DNA of 64,000 nucleotides. It comes from Myxococcota bacterium (lineage in GTDB: Bacteria > Myxococcota_A > UBA9042 > PHBI01 > JAWLBL01). The notes beneath the pieces were generated by a model. It did not search any database. It was given only the letters and a program-made list of their open reading frames with translations, and was not told the DNA's origin. Below, one piece after another: positions 33,848-45,596 of the stretch. A program made the translations under genes and the position numbers. How positions within the stretch are numbered: the stretch's first letter is position 1; each line of letters starts with the position of its first letter. The stretch covers positions 198,761 to 262,760 of the forward strand of contig JAWLBL010000002.1 of NCBI GenBank assembly GCA_041687695.1, in the 5' to 3' direction.

Positions 33848-35383
33848 ATGCGTCTACTGGGACTCCTCATCGCGCTCACCTTGTGCGGCTGCCCCCAGCC
33901 GGGGGGCGACCTCGCACGCTCGGACCAGATCCTCGGCCCGGTCGCGGCCGGCGAGCACCTGGTCTACGCCGACACCACCCGCGACGAGCTGGTCATCGTC
34001 GCCCTCGACGCCGGCGACGCCACCGACCTCCGCCGCGTCGCCCTGGACCTCCACCCCGAGCGCCTGGTCCCCCTCCCCGACGGCGCCGGCGTCCTGGCCC
34101 TCGCCAGCGCCGACGAGGCCCTGGCCCACGTCGACCTCGCCACCGGCGCCACCCGCCACTTCGACCTCGGCGCCCCCTACGACGGCCTGTCGCTCTCGCC
34201 CGACGCCGGCCTCGCCATGGCCTACTTCCCGACCAGCTCCAAGGTCCCGCTGTTCCACAACGGCGGCGAGCTGGCCTTCGTCGACCTGTCCACCGAAGCC
34301 GCCGCCGCCCCGGTCACCCGCCGCACCCTGGCCAGCCTCGGCCGCTCGCCCCACGGGGTCTTCGTCTCGCCCCCCTGGCAGGGTCGCCGCCTCGCCTTCG
34401 TCCTCAGCGACAGCCACGTCGCCGTGCTCGACCTCTCCGCCCCCGACGCCCCCGAGCACTCCATCCCGCTGGTCAGCTTGGGCCAGGCCGACAAGCGCAC
34501 CCCCCACCACGTCGCCTTCGCCATCGACCCGGCCACCGGCGTCCTGTGGAGCCTCGTCCTCACCCTCGAGGGCTCCACCGCCTACGCCCTGCGCGCCACG
34601 CCGTCGACCGAAGGGGCCGGCGGGGCCGCCGACGGCGCCGGCTTCCAGATCGTCCTCCAGCAGCTCGCCGGCGCCTCCCCCTCCGGCGACGCCCGCCTGG
34701 TCCAGACCACCGACGGCACCCTGCTCGCCCTGCTCCTCAGCCCCGCCCAGGGCACCCTCACCGTCACCGAGCTGGTCACCGCCAACAGCCGCGTCCTGTC
34801 GCTCGCCGCCGGCCCCAGCCGCCTCGCCCTGTACGACGACGCCGGCCGCCCCATGGCCGCCGCCTACCGCCCCTCGGACCGCGCCCTGCACCTCGTCGAC
34901 CTCGAGGCCATCGCCACCAAGAAGGACAAGGCCGTCACCACCCGCTACGCCGAGTCCCCCCTCTCCTCGCTGACCCCCATCCCCGGCCGCCCCCGCTTCA
35001 TCGCCCTGCACCCCGGGGCCACCAACGCCATCAGCGTCATCGACGCCGCCACCGGCCGCATCACCCCCTTCGGCCAGACCGGCGCCGTCCGCTCGCTCAC
35101 CCTCGCCCCCGACCTCGACCGCGCCTTCCTCCTCACCCGCCTCGGCGCCACCGACCACGTCGTCTCCCTCGATCTGGCGACCCTCCACCCCACGGTCGCC
35201 ACCCTCGCCACCCAGGCCGACCACCTGCTGGTCCTCCCCGACGCGTCCACCGTCGCCGCCGTCCACCTCGCCCCCGGCGGCCGCCTGACCCTGTGGCCTG
35301 CCGACGCCGTCGCCGACGAGGCGAGCCGCGTCGTCCCCGCCCCGCTGCTCGAGGGCCTCCTCGACGCCTTCGCCCAGGAGTGA
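33848..35383 (+). CDS. Beta-propeller-like lipoprotein
   Basis: GAGG-like RBS; MRLLGLLIALTLCGC lipobox; repeated short beta segments ending in [VI]DL. Confidence 0.75.
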   Translation: MRLLGLLIALTLCGCPQPGGDLARSDQILGPVAAGEHLVYADTTRDELVIVALDAGDATDLRRVALDLHPERLVPLPDGAGVLALASADEALAHVDLATGATRHFDLGAPYDGLSLSPDAGLAMAYFPTSSKVPLFHNGGELAFVDLSTEAAAAPVTRRTLASLGRSPHGVFVSPPWQGRRLAFVLSDSHVAVLDLSAPDAPEHSIPLVSLGQADKRTPHHVAFAIDPATGVLWSLVLTLEGSTAYALRATPSTEGAGGAADGAGFQIVLQQLAGASPSGDARLVQTTDGTLLALLLSPAQGTLTVTELVTANSRVLSLAAGPSRLALYDDAGRPMAAAYRPSDRALHLVDLEAIATKKDKAVTTRYAESPLSSLTPIPGRPRFIALHPGATNAISVIDAATGRITPFGQTGAVRSLTLAPDLDRAFLLTRLGATDHVVSLDLATLHPTVATLATQADHLLVLPDASTVAAVHLAPGGRLTLWPADAVADEASRVVPAPLLEGLLDAFAQE

Positions 35384-35388
35384 CCCCG

Positions 35389-36042
35389 ATGCGCATGTCC
35401 ACGCTCACGGCCGCCCTCGCCGCCGCCCTCGCCCTGACCGCCCCGCTCGCCGCCGCCGCCGCCCCCCTCACCGTCGGCGCCGAGCTGGCCCCCCGCTGGA
35501 CCGTCACCGCCTCGCGCACCGTCGACCTCTTCAGCGACTCGCGCACCACCTTCGCCCCCGGCCTGCACGCGCTGGTCCAGCCCACCGAGCGCCTCGGCTT
35601 GGCTGTCGGCTGGCGCCCCGAGACCCTCGAGCGCGTCCACGCCGACGGCACCCGCGCCGCCCTCGACACCGACACGCTGCTGCTCGGCGCCTCCTGGCGC
35701 CACCCGCTCGCCGGCCCCCTCGCGGCGCACGGCCGCCTGGACCTCGAGCTGGCCTTCGCCGAGGCCGAGCTGGACGCCGGCGGCGTCACCGCCCACCAGG
35801 ACGCGCTCGGCTTCGGCGTCCACCCCCAGCTCGGCCTCGAGCTGCGCCTCGTCGGCGCCGCCACGCCCTCCCCGGACGCGCGCTTCGCCCTGCACCTGCG
35901 CGGCCTCGTCGGCTACCTGCTGCAGACCGACCTCGCCCTCGACGCCCTGTCCACCGGCGACCCGCAGGTCCGCCCGGTCGACCTCGGCGACGCCAACCTC
36001 TCTGGCCTGACCGTCACCTTCGCCCTCGCCGCGACCTTCTGA
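35389..36042 (+). CDS. Small outer-membrane beta-barrel protein
   Basis: Ala-rich signal peptide, amphipathic strands, C-terminal GLTVTFALAATF (terminal Phe). Confidence 0.7.
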   Translation: MRMSTLTAALAAALALTAPLAAAAAPLTVGAELAPRWTVTASRTVDLFSDSRTTFAPGLHALVQPTERLGLAVGWRPETLERVHADGTRAALDTDTLLLGASWRHPLAGPLAAHGRLDLELAFAEAELDAGGVTAHQDALGFGVHPQLGLELRLVGAATPSPDARFALHLRGLVGYLLQTDLALDALSTGDPQVRPVDLGDANLSGLTVTFALAATF

Positions 36043-36056
36043 CCAGGAGCCCGACC

Positions 36057-37814
36057 ATGCTGCTTCGCGCGATCCCGACCCTGCTCCTGGCCTCCCTCCT
36101 CGCGGCCGCCTGCGGCGACATGGGCGCGGCCGACGAGGCCGGCGGCGGCTGGCCGAACATGCCCGACGCCACCAGCGGCGACGCCGGCCCGGGCGCCGGC
36201 CTGCCCGACACCGCCGAGCCGCCCCCGCCCGAGGAGGAGCGCGACTTCGATCTGCGCACCCCCGAGGCCGGCGCCACCCGCCTGTTCATCCCCTCGGCCG
36301 CCCTCGACGCCCTGATCGTCGTCGAGCCGACCACCCTGGCCGTGCGCCTGGTCGAGGTCGGCGTCCGCCCCACCGTGGTGCGCGCCCTGCCCGCCGACGC
36401 CGGCGCCATCGTCCTCAACGCCGGCACCCACGACGTCAGCGTCGTCCGCCCCGCCCCCGACACCGACGGCGGCTGGGACGTCACGACCCTGGACGTGGCG
36501 CCCAACGCCAACCGCCTGACCGTCAGCCCCGACGGCGCCTGGGCCTTCGCCTGGTTCACCGCCACCGGCCAGGCCGGCGAGCCCATCGGCAGCCTGCAGG
36601 ACGTCACCGCCATCCGCCTCGCCCCGGGCGACGAGGCGGTCTTCGATCTGGCGGTCGGCCTGCGCCCCAGCGAGGTCCGCTTCGCCGCCGGCGGCGAGCG
36701 CGCCCTGGTGCTGTGCGAGGACGGCCTCAGCGTGGTCGACCTGACCGCCCTCGACGGCGACCGCTTCCTGCCGCCGGTGGCCGTGCACGACGACCCCTTC
36801 GTCACCCCCCACGACCGCGAGGTCGTCGTCACCCCCGACGGGCAGCTCGCCGTCGTGCGCGATCTGAACCGCGCCGAGCTGACCCTGGTCGATCTGGACG
36901 CCCGCACCCGCCGCGTCCTGCCGCTGCCCGACTGGCCCAGCGATCTGGACCTGACCCCCAGCGGCCAGACCGTGGTGGTCCCCCTGCGCGGCGCCCAGCA
37001 GCTGGCCGTCATCGCGATCCCCGCCGCCTTCGAGTGGGCCCCGCTCGCCTTCAGCGAGGACCTGTATGACACCCCCGACGCCGGCTCGACCGAGGACCCC
37101 GACGCCGGCTCGACGGAGGATCCCGACGCCTCGGACGACGACGCCGACGCCGGCCCGACCGACGACCTCGACGCCTCCGTGCCCGACGAGGACGTCTCCG
37201 AGCCCACCCCGACCGTGAACCCCCACGTCACCTACCTGCCCATGCACGCCCCCTTCGGCGCGGCCGAGCTCAGCGCCGACGGTCAGGTGGCCCTGCTCTA
37301 CACCACCCTGCCCGGCACCGCCGCCGTGGGCCTGGCCGACCTCGAGGCCGGCGAGGTGACGGTCCGCCCGGTGGCCAAGGAGGTCACGGCCGCCCTGCTG
37401 TCGCCCGCCGGCGACATGGCGGCCCTCTTGCACCGCAAGAGCTCCGGCGCGGCCCCGCCCATCCAGGGCTCCGACGCCTACAGCCTGGTCGATCTGGCCA
37501 GCGGCTACACCAAGCTGGTGCTGACCCCCCAGCCGCCCAGCCGCTTCCTCTTCACCCCCGGCGCCGACGAGCTGATCGTCCTGCTGCCCGACCCGGCCGG
37601 CCTGGCGCACCTGTTCCACCGCACGGTGACCACGACCTTCAGCGTCACCCCTCACCCGGTCCCCTACGCGCCCCTGTTCGTCGGCGCCCTGCCGCTGGTC
37701 TCCAAGGTCGCCATCCTGCTCGATGACCCGACCGGCTGGCTGACCCTGCTCGACACCGCCACCGGCCAGCTCGAGCAGCTCAACGGCTTCGAGCTCAACG
37801 CCTTCATCCGCTGA
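36057..37814 (+). CDS. YncE-like beta-propeller lipoprotein with acidic insert
   Basis: AGGAG RBS; lipobox LAAAC; VGxxP and [VL][ST]PDG blade motifs; DAGSTEDP acidic repeats. Confidence 0.8.
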   Translation: MLLRAIPTLLLASLLAAACGDMGAADEAGGGWPNMPDATSGDAGPGAGLPDTAEPPPPEEERDFDLRTPEAGATRLFIPSAALDALIVVEPTTLAVRLVEVGVRPTVVRALPADAGAIVLNAGTHDVSVVRPAPDTDGGWDVTTLDVAPNANRLTVSPDGAWAFAWFTATGQAGEPIGSLQDVTAIRLAPGDEAVFDLAVGLRPSEVRFAAGGERALVLCEDGLSVVDLTALDGDRFLPPVAVHDDPFVTPHDREVVVTPDGQLAVVRDLNRAELTLVDLDARTRRVLPLPDWPSDLDLTPSGQTVVVPLRGAQQLAVIAIPAAFEWAPLAFSEDLYDTPDAGSTEDPDAGSTEDPDASDDDADAGPTDDLDASVPDEDVSEPTPTVNPHVTYLPMHAPFGAAELSADGQVALLYTTLPGTAAVGLADLEAGEVTVRPVAKEVTAALLSPAGDMAALLHRKSSGAAPPIQGSDAYSLVDLASGYTKLVLTPQPPSRFLFTPGADELIVLLPDPAGLAHLFHRTVTTTFSVTPHPVPYAPLFVGALPLVSKVAILLDDPTGWLTLLDTATGQLEQLNGFELNAFIR

Positions 37815-38014
37815 CCCCTCGTCCTCGGCGATTGAATTTCCCGCCGGCGCCGGCGGTCTGCGTGACGTGGCTCGCGAGGCCGCCGGGTTCGCTGCCCCAC
37901 GACGACAGGTCGGGGAGGGGGCCCGGAGGGCGCTCGCGGAACGGACGAGACGCGCGCGGCGGCCGGGTGAGGTGTGCCCGGGGACCGCGCGCCGGCCAGG
38001 GCACGGGTGCGATC

Positions 38015-39541
<1,527 letters not shown>

Positions 39542-39544
39542 GCC

Positions 39545-41209
39545 CTACGGCTGCGCGGCGGGGTGGCCGAGCTTGCGACGGCTGGCCAGGAGCAGGGCGT
39601 CGCTGACCAGGCGCAGGTGGTCGGGGGCGGAGACCCAGGCCTCGAGGGTCAGCAGGTGGTAGAAGGCGTCGACCATGCGGAGATCGGCGCGGGTGGTGGC
39701 CTGGGCGAGCTTGCGGGCGGCCTTGAGCAGGCGGGCGCCGCCGCGGACCTCGCCGTGGCGCAGGGCCTCGGCGGCGCGGGCGAGGTGCTCGGCCAGGGCG
39801 ACGCCGCGGGCGTTCTTGCGGACCAGGCGCTGGGCGGCCGTCTCGGGGGTGCGGGTGCTGCCCAGGGCCGCGGCGACCTGGGCGACGCCGGGGCGCTGGC
39901 GGCTCACGTCGGCCCAGGTGAGCGTGGCCTGCGCCACCGCGCCCGGGCCAGCGACGTCCAGCTCGACCAGCACGACGTGGTCGTCGCCCGCCATGAAGGC
40001 GGGAATGCGGGTCTCGAGGGCGCTCGCGCCGGGGGAGGCGGCGGCCTCGCCGGCCTCGGCCAGCAGCGGGCTGCCCAGCACGCGGACCAGGCGATGGCCC
40101 GGCTCGAGGCGAATCTCCAGGCGCAGGTCGCGGGCGACCACGCGGCCGAGCTGCTCGACCAGGGCCGCCAGCGCGGCCTCGGCGCCGGCGACATCGGTGG
40201 CGCGGAAGGCGCCGCGGCCCGCGCTGGCCAGGCGCCACAGCCGGCCAGGCCCGGTCGACGACAGCTCGACCACCGAGGTGGTCACGCCGAAGCGCGTCAG
40301 GTGGGTCGCGGCCTCGGCGGCCTGGTCCACGTCCGCGGCGTCAGGCTCCAGCCCGCCAGCGCCCACCACCAGCACCGAGCGCAGGGCGACCCGCGGGGCC
40401 GGCGCGTCCTCCAGCAGGCGGCCGGACAGGTACAGCGCCTCGGACAGGGCCTGCGCCGCGACCGGCCCGCGGGCGGCCGGGGCTTCCAGGGCGCGGGCCA
40501 GCACGCGCGCGGCGCTCTCGGGGCGCTCGGGGCGCGTGACCAGCTCGGGCTCGGGCCCGGCGATCACCACCGAGACGCGGTCGTCGGCGCGCAGGGCGCC
40601 CAGCACGGCCGCGGCGGCGTCGGCCAGCGCCTCGCCGTCGCCCGGCCCGGGCAGCAGCACCAGGCCCAGGGCCATGGGCGGGCGCTGGGGGCCGAGATCG
40701 GCCCCGCGCAGGCCGACCTGCAGCACGACCCGGCTCGGGCCGTCGGTCCAGGCGCGGTCCAGGTTGACCGACAGGCCCAGCGCGGCCCCGGCGGGCGCGT
40801 CCAGCGGCTGCCGCGCGGCGGTCGCCAGGCGGTGGGGGCGGCCGTGGGCGGCCAGGACGCCGTCGAGGCGCGAGGCGAGCAGCTCGTGCAGCGCGTCGCC
40901 GCCCAGGTAGGTGCTCTCGAAGCGGACCAGGCCGGCCAGATCGGGGGAGGGCGGGGCGCCGAGCGCCTGGACGTCGGGGTCCAGCTCGGTCAGCTCGATC
41001 GGGGGCGCGGGCGTGGGGGCGTCGGGCGTCGCGGCGCGGGGCGGCGCCCACTTCATGCGGTCGGTCTGGACCTGCGAGTAGGTCGCGACGACCGGCGAGG
41101 AGGGCGGCGGCTCGGGCGCGGCCTCGGGAGCGTCGAGCGGCGCGTCGCGACCGCACGCGACCACGAGCGCCACGCCCAGCGCCGCGCACAGGCGGAGCAG
41201 CGGGGACAT
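39545..41209 (-). CDS. vWA-like lipoprotein, paralogue 3 (divergent)
   Basis: Lipobox VVAC; RFESTYLGG, VVLQVGLRG, RPPMALGLVL, DRVSVV, GDDHVVLVEL, RKLGHP. Confidence 0.75.
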   Translation of the reverse strand: MSPLLRLCAALGVALVVACGRDAPLDAPEAAPEPPPSSPVVATYSQVQTDRMKWAPPRAATPDAPTPAPPIELTELDPDVQALGAPPSPDLAGLVRFESTYLGGDALHELLASRLDGVLAAHGRPHRLATAARQPLDAPAGAALGLSVNLDRAWTDGPSRVVLQVGLRGADLGPQRPPMALGLVLLPGPGDGEALADAAAAVLGALRADDRVSVVIAGPEPELVTRPERPESAARVLARALEAPAARGPVAAQALSEALYLSGRLLEDAPAPRVALRSVLVVGAGGLEPDAADVDQAAEAATHLTRFGVTTSVVELSSTGPGRLWRLASAGRGAFRATDVAGAEAALAALVEQLGRVVARDLRLEIRLEPGHRLVRVLGSPLLAEAGEAAASPGASALETRIPAFMAGDDHVVLVELDVAGPGAVAQATLTWADVSRQRPGVAQVAAALGSTRTPETAAQRLVRKNARGVALAEHLARAAEALRHGEVRGGARLLKAARKLAQATTRADLRMVDAFYHLLTLEAWVSAPDHLRLVSDALLLASRRKLGHPAAQP

Positions 41210-41402
41210 CGGGGGCCTCCGGGGGTCCTCGGTCGCGGCGGGGCGGTGAGCGGGCGGGGTGGGCCCGAAGGGTCGGGCGTCCCGCGCTCACCAGGGCGCG
41301 ACTTCGAAGGAGGTCGTTGAGGCCTTCATCATGGCCCGGCGCCGGCGCGGCGGCCAGACGCCGGTCCTTTGGGGGGAACGCTGGAGGAGCGGGGGGAGCG
41401 GG

Positions 41403-43544
41403 TCAGCGCGGCGCCGGCTGGCCCAGCTTGCGGGCGGCGGCCAGCTCCAGCGCTTCGGACAGCGCGGCGCGCGAGTCCCCCGAGACGTGCTGCGACGGGG
41501 CGTCGAGCGCAGCCTGGAAGGCCGCGAGCATGCGGCGATCCTCGCCCAGCGCCAGGTCCGAGGCCTGGTTCAGGACGCCGCGCGCGGCGTCGAAGCGGCC
41601 GCGCTGCCAGTGGCGCCCGGCGTCGGCCAGCGCCTCGGCCAGGCGGAAGCTGGCGACGTTGCGCAGGACCATGCGCTGCTCGACCGTCTCGGGCCGCGGG
41701 GTCGCCGCCAGCGACACGCTGGCCCGCGCCGTCGCGTTGCCCAGCGCCACCATGTCCTTGTACTTCAACGTCACGTCGGCCACCGGCCCGGGCTTTTCCA
41801 CCCACAGCTCGATAAGCACGACGTGGTCGTCGCCGCCGTAGAAGTACGGGATGACCGTCTGGATGCCGTCGTCGTCGTCGCCGCGGTCGGCGGTCACGCC
41901 GAAGGTCTTCGACAGGTTCTGGTCGACCGCCACCTCGCGCGCCTTGACCTGCTGGACCTCCTCGTCCTCGAGGACGCGCGTGCCCAGCACGCGGATGGCC
42001 TGCACGCCCTTGGCCAGCCGCACGTTCAGGCGCAGCAGGCGCGCGACCACCTTGGCCAGGCTGTCCAGCTCGGCCTGCAGCGGCGCCCCCAGTGCCCCCG
42101 CCTCGGCGTGGTGGTAGTTGCCGTGCCCGGCGTCCGCCACCTGCCACCACGGGTCCGCCCCGCCGTCACCCAGCTGCACGACCGAGGTCACCGCGCCCTG
42201 CAGCGTCAGGTCGTGCGCCGCCCGGGTCGCGGCCCCGACCCGCCGCGCGTCGCCGCCCGCCGTCAGCAGCACCACCGACTGGGTCCCCGGGATGACGGCC
42301 GTGTCCTCGTGCGCGCGCCGCAGCAGGGCGCCCGCCTCGCGCAGCGCCGCCTCGAGGTCCGCCGACCCGATCGTCCGCGGCGTCGTCAGCGCGTCCACGC
42401 GCCGCGTCAGCTCCGTCCGCAGCGCCCTCGTCCGGTCCAGCTTGCACACCACCTCGGGCGCCGGCCCGGCCAGCACCACGCCCAGCCGGTCGGCCGGCCC
42501 CAGCCGCTGCACGAGCGCCGCGATGGCCTCGACCAGCACCTGCGGGTGCGCCGCCCGCGCGGCCTCGTCGACCACCAGCACCATGTCCAGCGGCGGCCGC
42601 CGCCACCCGAACCGCTCGCTACCCTGCAGACCGACCTGCAGGATGACCCGCTGCGGCCCCTCGACCCAGCGGTGGCTCAGGGTCGCCTTCAGCGCCATCC
42701 CCGCCTCGCCGGGCGCGTCGAACGGCTGCGCGGGCGCGTGCGCCATCCGGTGCGCGTGGTCCGGCCCCGCCAGCATCCCCTCCACCAGCCGCATCCGGTG
42801 CAGGTACCCCGCGTTGCCACCCAGGTACGTGTTCTCGAAGTAGAACATCCTCGGCAACGTGGCGCTCGGCGCGACCTGCTCGTCCACCAGCGCCTGGTTC
42901 AGGGCGTCGCGCAGGTCGTCCAGCCTCCGATCGCGCTCGGCCAGCGCCTCCTGCGCCGGCTTCTCCAAGTTCCCCGCCACCTCGGCGTCGTCGAAGTCGT
43001 AGAACTGCGCCCGCTGCCGCTCGGCCTCGCCCTCCTGCGCGAACCGCGCGTACCCGTCCTTCGCCGCCGCCTCCTTCTTCTTGCCGGTGACTCGGCCCCG
43101 CTCCCTGGCGCGCTCCTCCTTGCCCTCCCCGCGCCCCCCGCCCGTGTCGACCCGTCCCATGCCGTGGATGCGGCCGATCCCTTCGCCGCCGCCTCCCTGC
43201 CCGTCGCCCTCGAACCCCAGCCCGCCCTTGTCCGCGGCGCGTTCGTTGCTCAGCTTGCTCAGCAGGTCGACCTTCGGCTCGGGCCTCGGCGCCGCGGCGG
43301 GCACCTCCGCCGGCTTGGCCGGCTCCTCGTCCCAGGCCTCCTCGTCGTCGTCGTCCGGCGTCCGCGTCGTCGTGATCGTGGCCGTCGCCTCCGGCTCCTC
43401 GGGCTCCCCGCGCGAGGCCTCGCTGGTCGGCGGCGCCGCCTTGTAGTCGCTCGGCCCGGGCGCCTGCGCCGCGTCGCCACCTTTGCCGCACGCGCTCAGC
43501 GCCAGCCCCAGCGCCACCATCACCGCCAGCGTCGACCCTCGCAT
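41403..43544 (-). CDS. vWA-like lipoprotein, paralogue 2
   Basis: GAGG RBS; lipobox LSAC; MFYFENTYLGGNAGY, RPPLDMVLVVD, DRLGVV, VVLLTAG, GHGNYH, GDDHVVLIEL. Confidence 0.82.
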   Translation of the reverse strand: MRGSTLAVMVALGLALSACGKGGDAAQAPGPSDYKAAPPTSEASRGEPEEPEATATITTTRTPDDDDEEAWDEEPAKPAEVPAAAPRPEPKVDLLSKLSNERAADKGGLGFEGDGQGGGGEGIGRIHGMGRVDTGGGRGEGKEERARERGRVTGKKKEAAAKDGYARFAQEGEAERQRAQFYDFDDAEVAGNLEKPAQEALAERDRRLDDLRDALNQALVDEQVAPSATLPRMFYFENTYLGGNAGYLHRMRLVEGMLAGPDHAHRMAHAPAQPFDAPGEAGMALKATLSHRWVEGPQRVILQVGLQGSERFGWRRPPLDMVLVVDEAARAAHPQVLVEAIAALVQRLGPADRLGVVLAGPAPEVVCKLDRTRALRTELTRRVDALTTPRTIGSADLEAALREAGALLRRAHEDTAVIPGTQSVVLLTAGGDARRVGAATRAAHDLTLQGAVTSVVQLGDGGADPWWQVADAGHGNYHHAEAGALGAPLQAELDSLAKVVARLLRLNVRLAKGVQAIRVLGTRVLEDEEVQQVKAREVAVDQNLSKTFGVTADRGDDDDGIQTVIPYFYGGDDHVVLIELWVEKPGPVADVTLKYKDMVALGNATARASVSLAATPRPETVEQRMVLRNVASFRLAEALADAGRHWQRGRFDAARGVLNQASDLALGEDRRMLAAFQAALDAPSQHVSGDSRAALSEALELAAARKLGQPAPR

Positions 43545-43553
43545 CCTCGCCTC

Positions 43554-45596
43554 CTATCGCGGCGCCGGCTGGCCCAGCTTCCGCTCGCTCGCCAGCGCCA
43601 GCGCGTCCGACAGCACCGGCCGCGTGGGATGGTCGGACCCGTCGACCGCCTCCCGGAAGCCCTGCAGCATCCGCCGGTCCGCGTCCTCGACCGCCAGCGC
43701 CTCGGCCTCGCTCAACGTGGCCCGCGCGTCCTCGACCGAGCCCCACCGCACCTGCTGCCCGGCCTCGGCCAGCGCCTCCGCCAGCCGGAAGCTGACCACG
43801 TTCCGCCGCACCGTCACCTGCTCCAGCGTCTCGGGCCGCGGCGTCGCCGCCAGGGCCACGCTCGCCCGCGCCGTCGCGTTGCCCAGCGCCACCATGTCCT
43901 TGTACTTCAAGGTCACGTCGGCCACCGGCCCGGGCCGCTCCACCCACAGCTCGATCAACACCACGTGGTCGTCGCCCCCGTAGAAGTACGGGATGACGGT
44001 CTGGACGCCGTCGTCGTCCTCGCCCCGGTCCGCGGTCACCCCCATCGCGACCGACAGCTGCCTGTCGACCGCCTCCTCGCGCGCCTTGACCTGCGCGACC
44101 TCCTCGTCCTCGAGCTTGCGCGAGCCCAGCACCCGCACCGCCTTCACCCCGGGCGCCAGCCGCACGTTCAGCCGCAGCAGGCGCGCCACCACCTTGGCCA
44201 GGCTCTCGATCTCGGCCCCGATCGGCGCGTCCAGCGCCCCCGGCGCCGCCTGGTGATAGTTGCCGTGCCCGGCGTCGGCCACCTGCCACCAGGGGTCCAC
44301 CCGCGCCGTCTCGCCGACCTGCACCACCGAGGTCACCGCGCCCTGCAGCGTCAGCCCGTGGGTCGCCCGCACGGCCGCCTGCACCCGCCATCGGTCCTGC
44401 CCGGCGGTCACCAGCACCACCGACTGCGTCCCCGGCACCACCGCCGGCTCGCTCTGCGCCTTGGCCAGCAGCTCGCCCGCCCGCCGCAGCGCCGCCCCCA
44501 GATCCCCCGGCCGCGCCGGCCGCCGCGTCGCCTCCTCCAGCCGCCCGGCCAGCTCGGTCCGCAGGGACCGCGCCCGCTCGACCCCGCGAACCACCCGCAG
44601 CTCGTCCCCCGCCAGCACCAGCCCGACCCGGTCCTGCGGCCCCAGCCGTGACCCCAGCGCCCGCACCACCTCGACCAGCACGCCCGGGTGCGCCGCCCGC
44701 GCCGCCTCGTCGACCACCACCACCACGTCCAGCGGCGGCCGCCGCCAGCCATACCGCTCGCTGCCCTGCAGCCCGACCTGAAGGACCACCCGCTGCGGCC
44801 GCTCGACCCAGCGGTGGCTCAGCGAGGCCGTCAGCGCCAGCCCGGCCTCGCCCGGCGGGTCGAAGGCCTGCGGCGCCGCGTGCGCCAGCTCGTGCGGCCG
44901 CCCGGCCTCGCCCAGCGCCGCCTCCAGCCGCCGCATCCGCTGCACGTACCCCGCGTTGCCGCCCAGGTAGGTGTTCTCGAAGTAGAACATCCGCGGCAGC
45001 GTGCTCGCCGGCGGCACGAACAGGTCCTCGATCGGCGCCTGCTCCGCCCACGCCTGCCCGCCCATAGGGTCCTGCTTGCCCCTCGCGTTCTTCGCCAGCT
45101 TCCCCTCGGTCGTGTTCTTGTCCACCTCGCCGGCGATCTCGATCTGGTCCAGCACCACTACCTTGCGTCCGGTGCGCCGCTCGATCTTCGCCTCGAACTT
45201 GGGCGCCGGCGCGGGCTTGGGCTTGGGCTTGAGCTCCTCCTGCGCCCACTCCCCGTCTTCGGCCTCGTCGCGCGCGGCCGGAGCGTCGTCCTCGAAGCCT
45301 CCGCCTCCTGCGCCGGCCCCTCTGAAGCCCGCCCCCGCCGTACCTCCACCCACGACGAACTCGTCGCCGCCGGCCGCCATCGCGGTCGCGAGCTTGTGCG
45401 CCAGGCCGTCCGCGTCCGCGGGCAGGTCCAGCACTTCGCGCTGCTCCGCGGCCTTCTCCTCCTCCTCGGGCTCAGGCTCGGCCGCCGTCGCCCGCGCCGC
45501 GCTGTCCACGGCCGGCGCCGCGGCGGGCTCGGCGCGTCCGCACCCGCCCGCCGCCAGCCCCAGCGCCACAAGCAGCGCCAGGCCGCGCAGCCTCAC
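43554..45596 (-). CDS. vWA-like lipoprotein, paralogue 1
   Basis: GTG start overlapping the upstream TGA; lipobox AGGC; same motifs as paralogue 2. Confidence 0.82.
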   Translation of the reverse strand: MRLRGLALLVALGLAAGGCGRAEPAAAPAVDSAARATAAEPEPEEEEKAAEQREVLDLPADADGLAHKLATAMAAGGDEFVVGGGTAGAGFRGAGAGGGGFEDDAPAARDEAEDGEWAQEELKPKPKPAPAPKFEAKIERRTGRKVVVLDQIEIAGEVDKNTTEGKLAKNARGKQDPMGGQAWAEQAPIEDLFVPPASTLPRMFYFENTYLGGNAGYVQRMRRLEAALGEAGRPHELAHAAPQAFDPPGEAGLALTASLSHRWVERPQRVVLQVGLQGSERYGWRRPPLDVVVVVDEAARAAHPGVLVEVVRALGSRLGPQDRVGLVLAGDELRVVRGVERARSLRTELAGRLEEATRRPARPGDLGAALRRAGELLAKAQSEPAVVPGTQSVVLVTAGQDRWRVQAAVRATHGLTLQGAVTSVVQVGETARVDPWWQVADAGHGNYHQAAPGALDAPIGAEIESLAKVVARLLRLNVRLAPGVKAVRVLGSRKLEDEEVAQVKAREEAVDRQLSVAMGVTADRGEDDDGVQTVIPYFYGGDDHVVLIELWVERPGPVADVTLKYKDMVALGNATARASVALAATPRPETLEQVTVRRNVVSFRLAEALAEAGQQVRWGSVEDARATLSEAEALAVEDADRRMLQGFREAVDGSDHPTRPVLSDALALASERKLGQPAPR

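Noticed and set aside
37841..37856. Perfect 16-bp GC palindrome CCGCCGGCGCCGGCGG
   Set aside because: Plausible by chance at this GC content; at most a weak terminator
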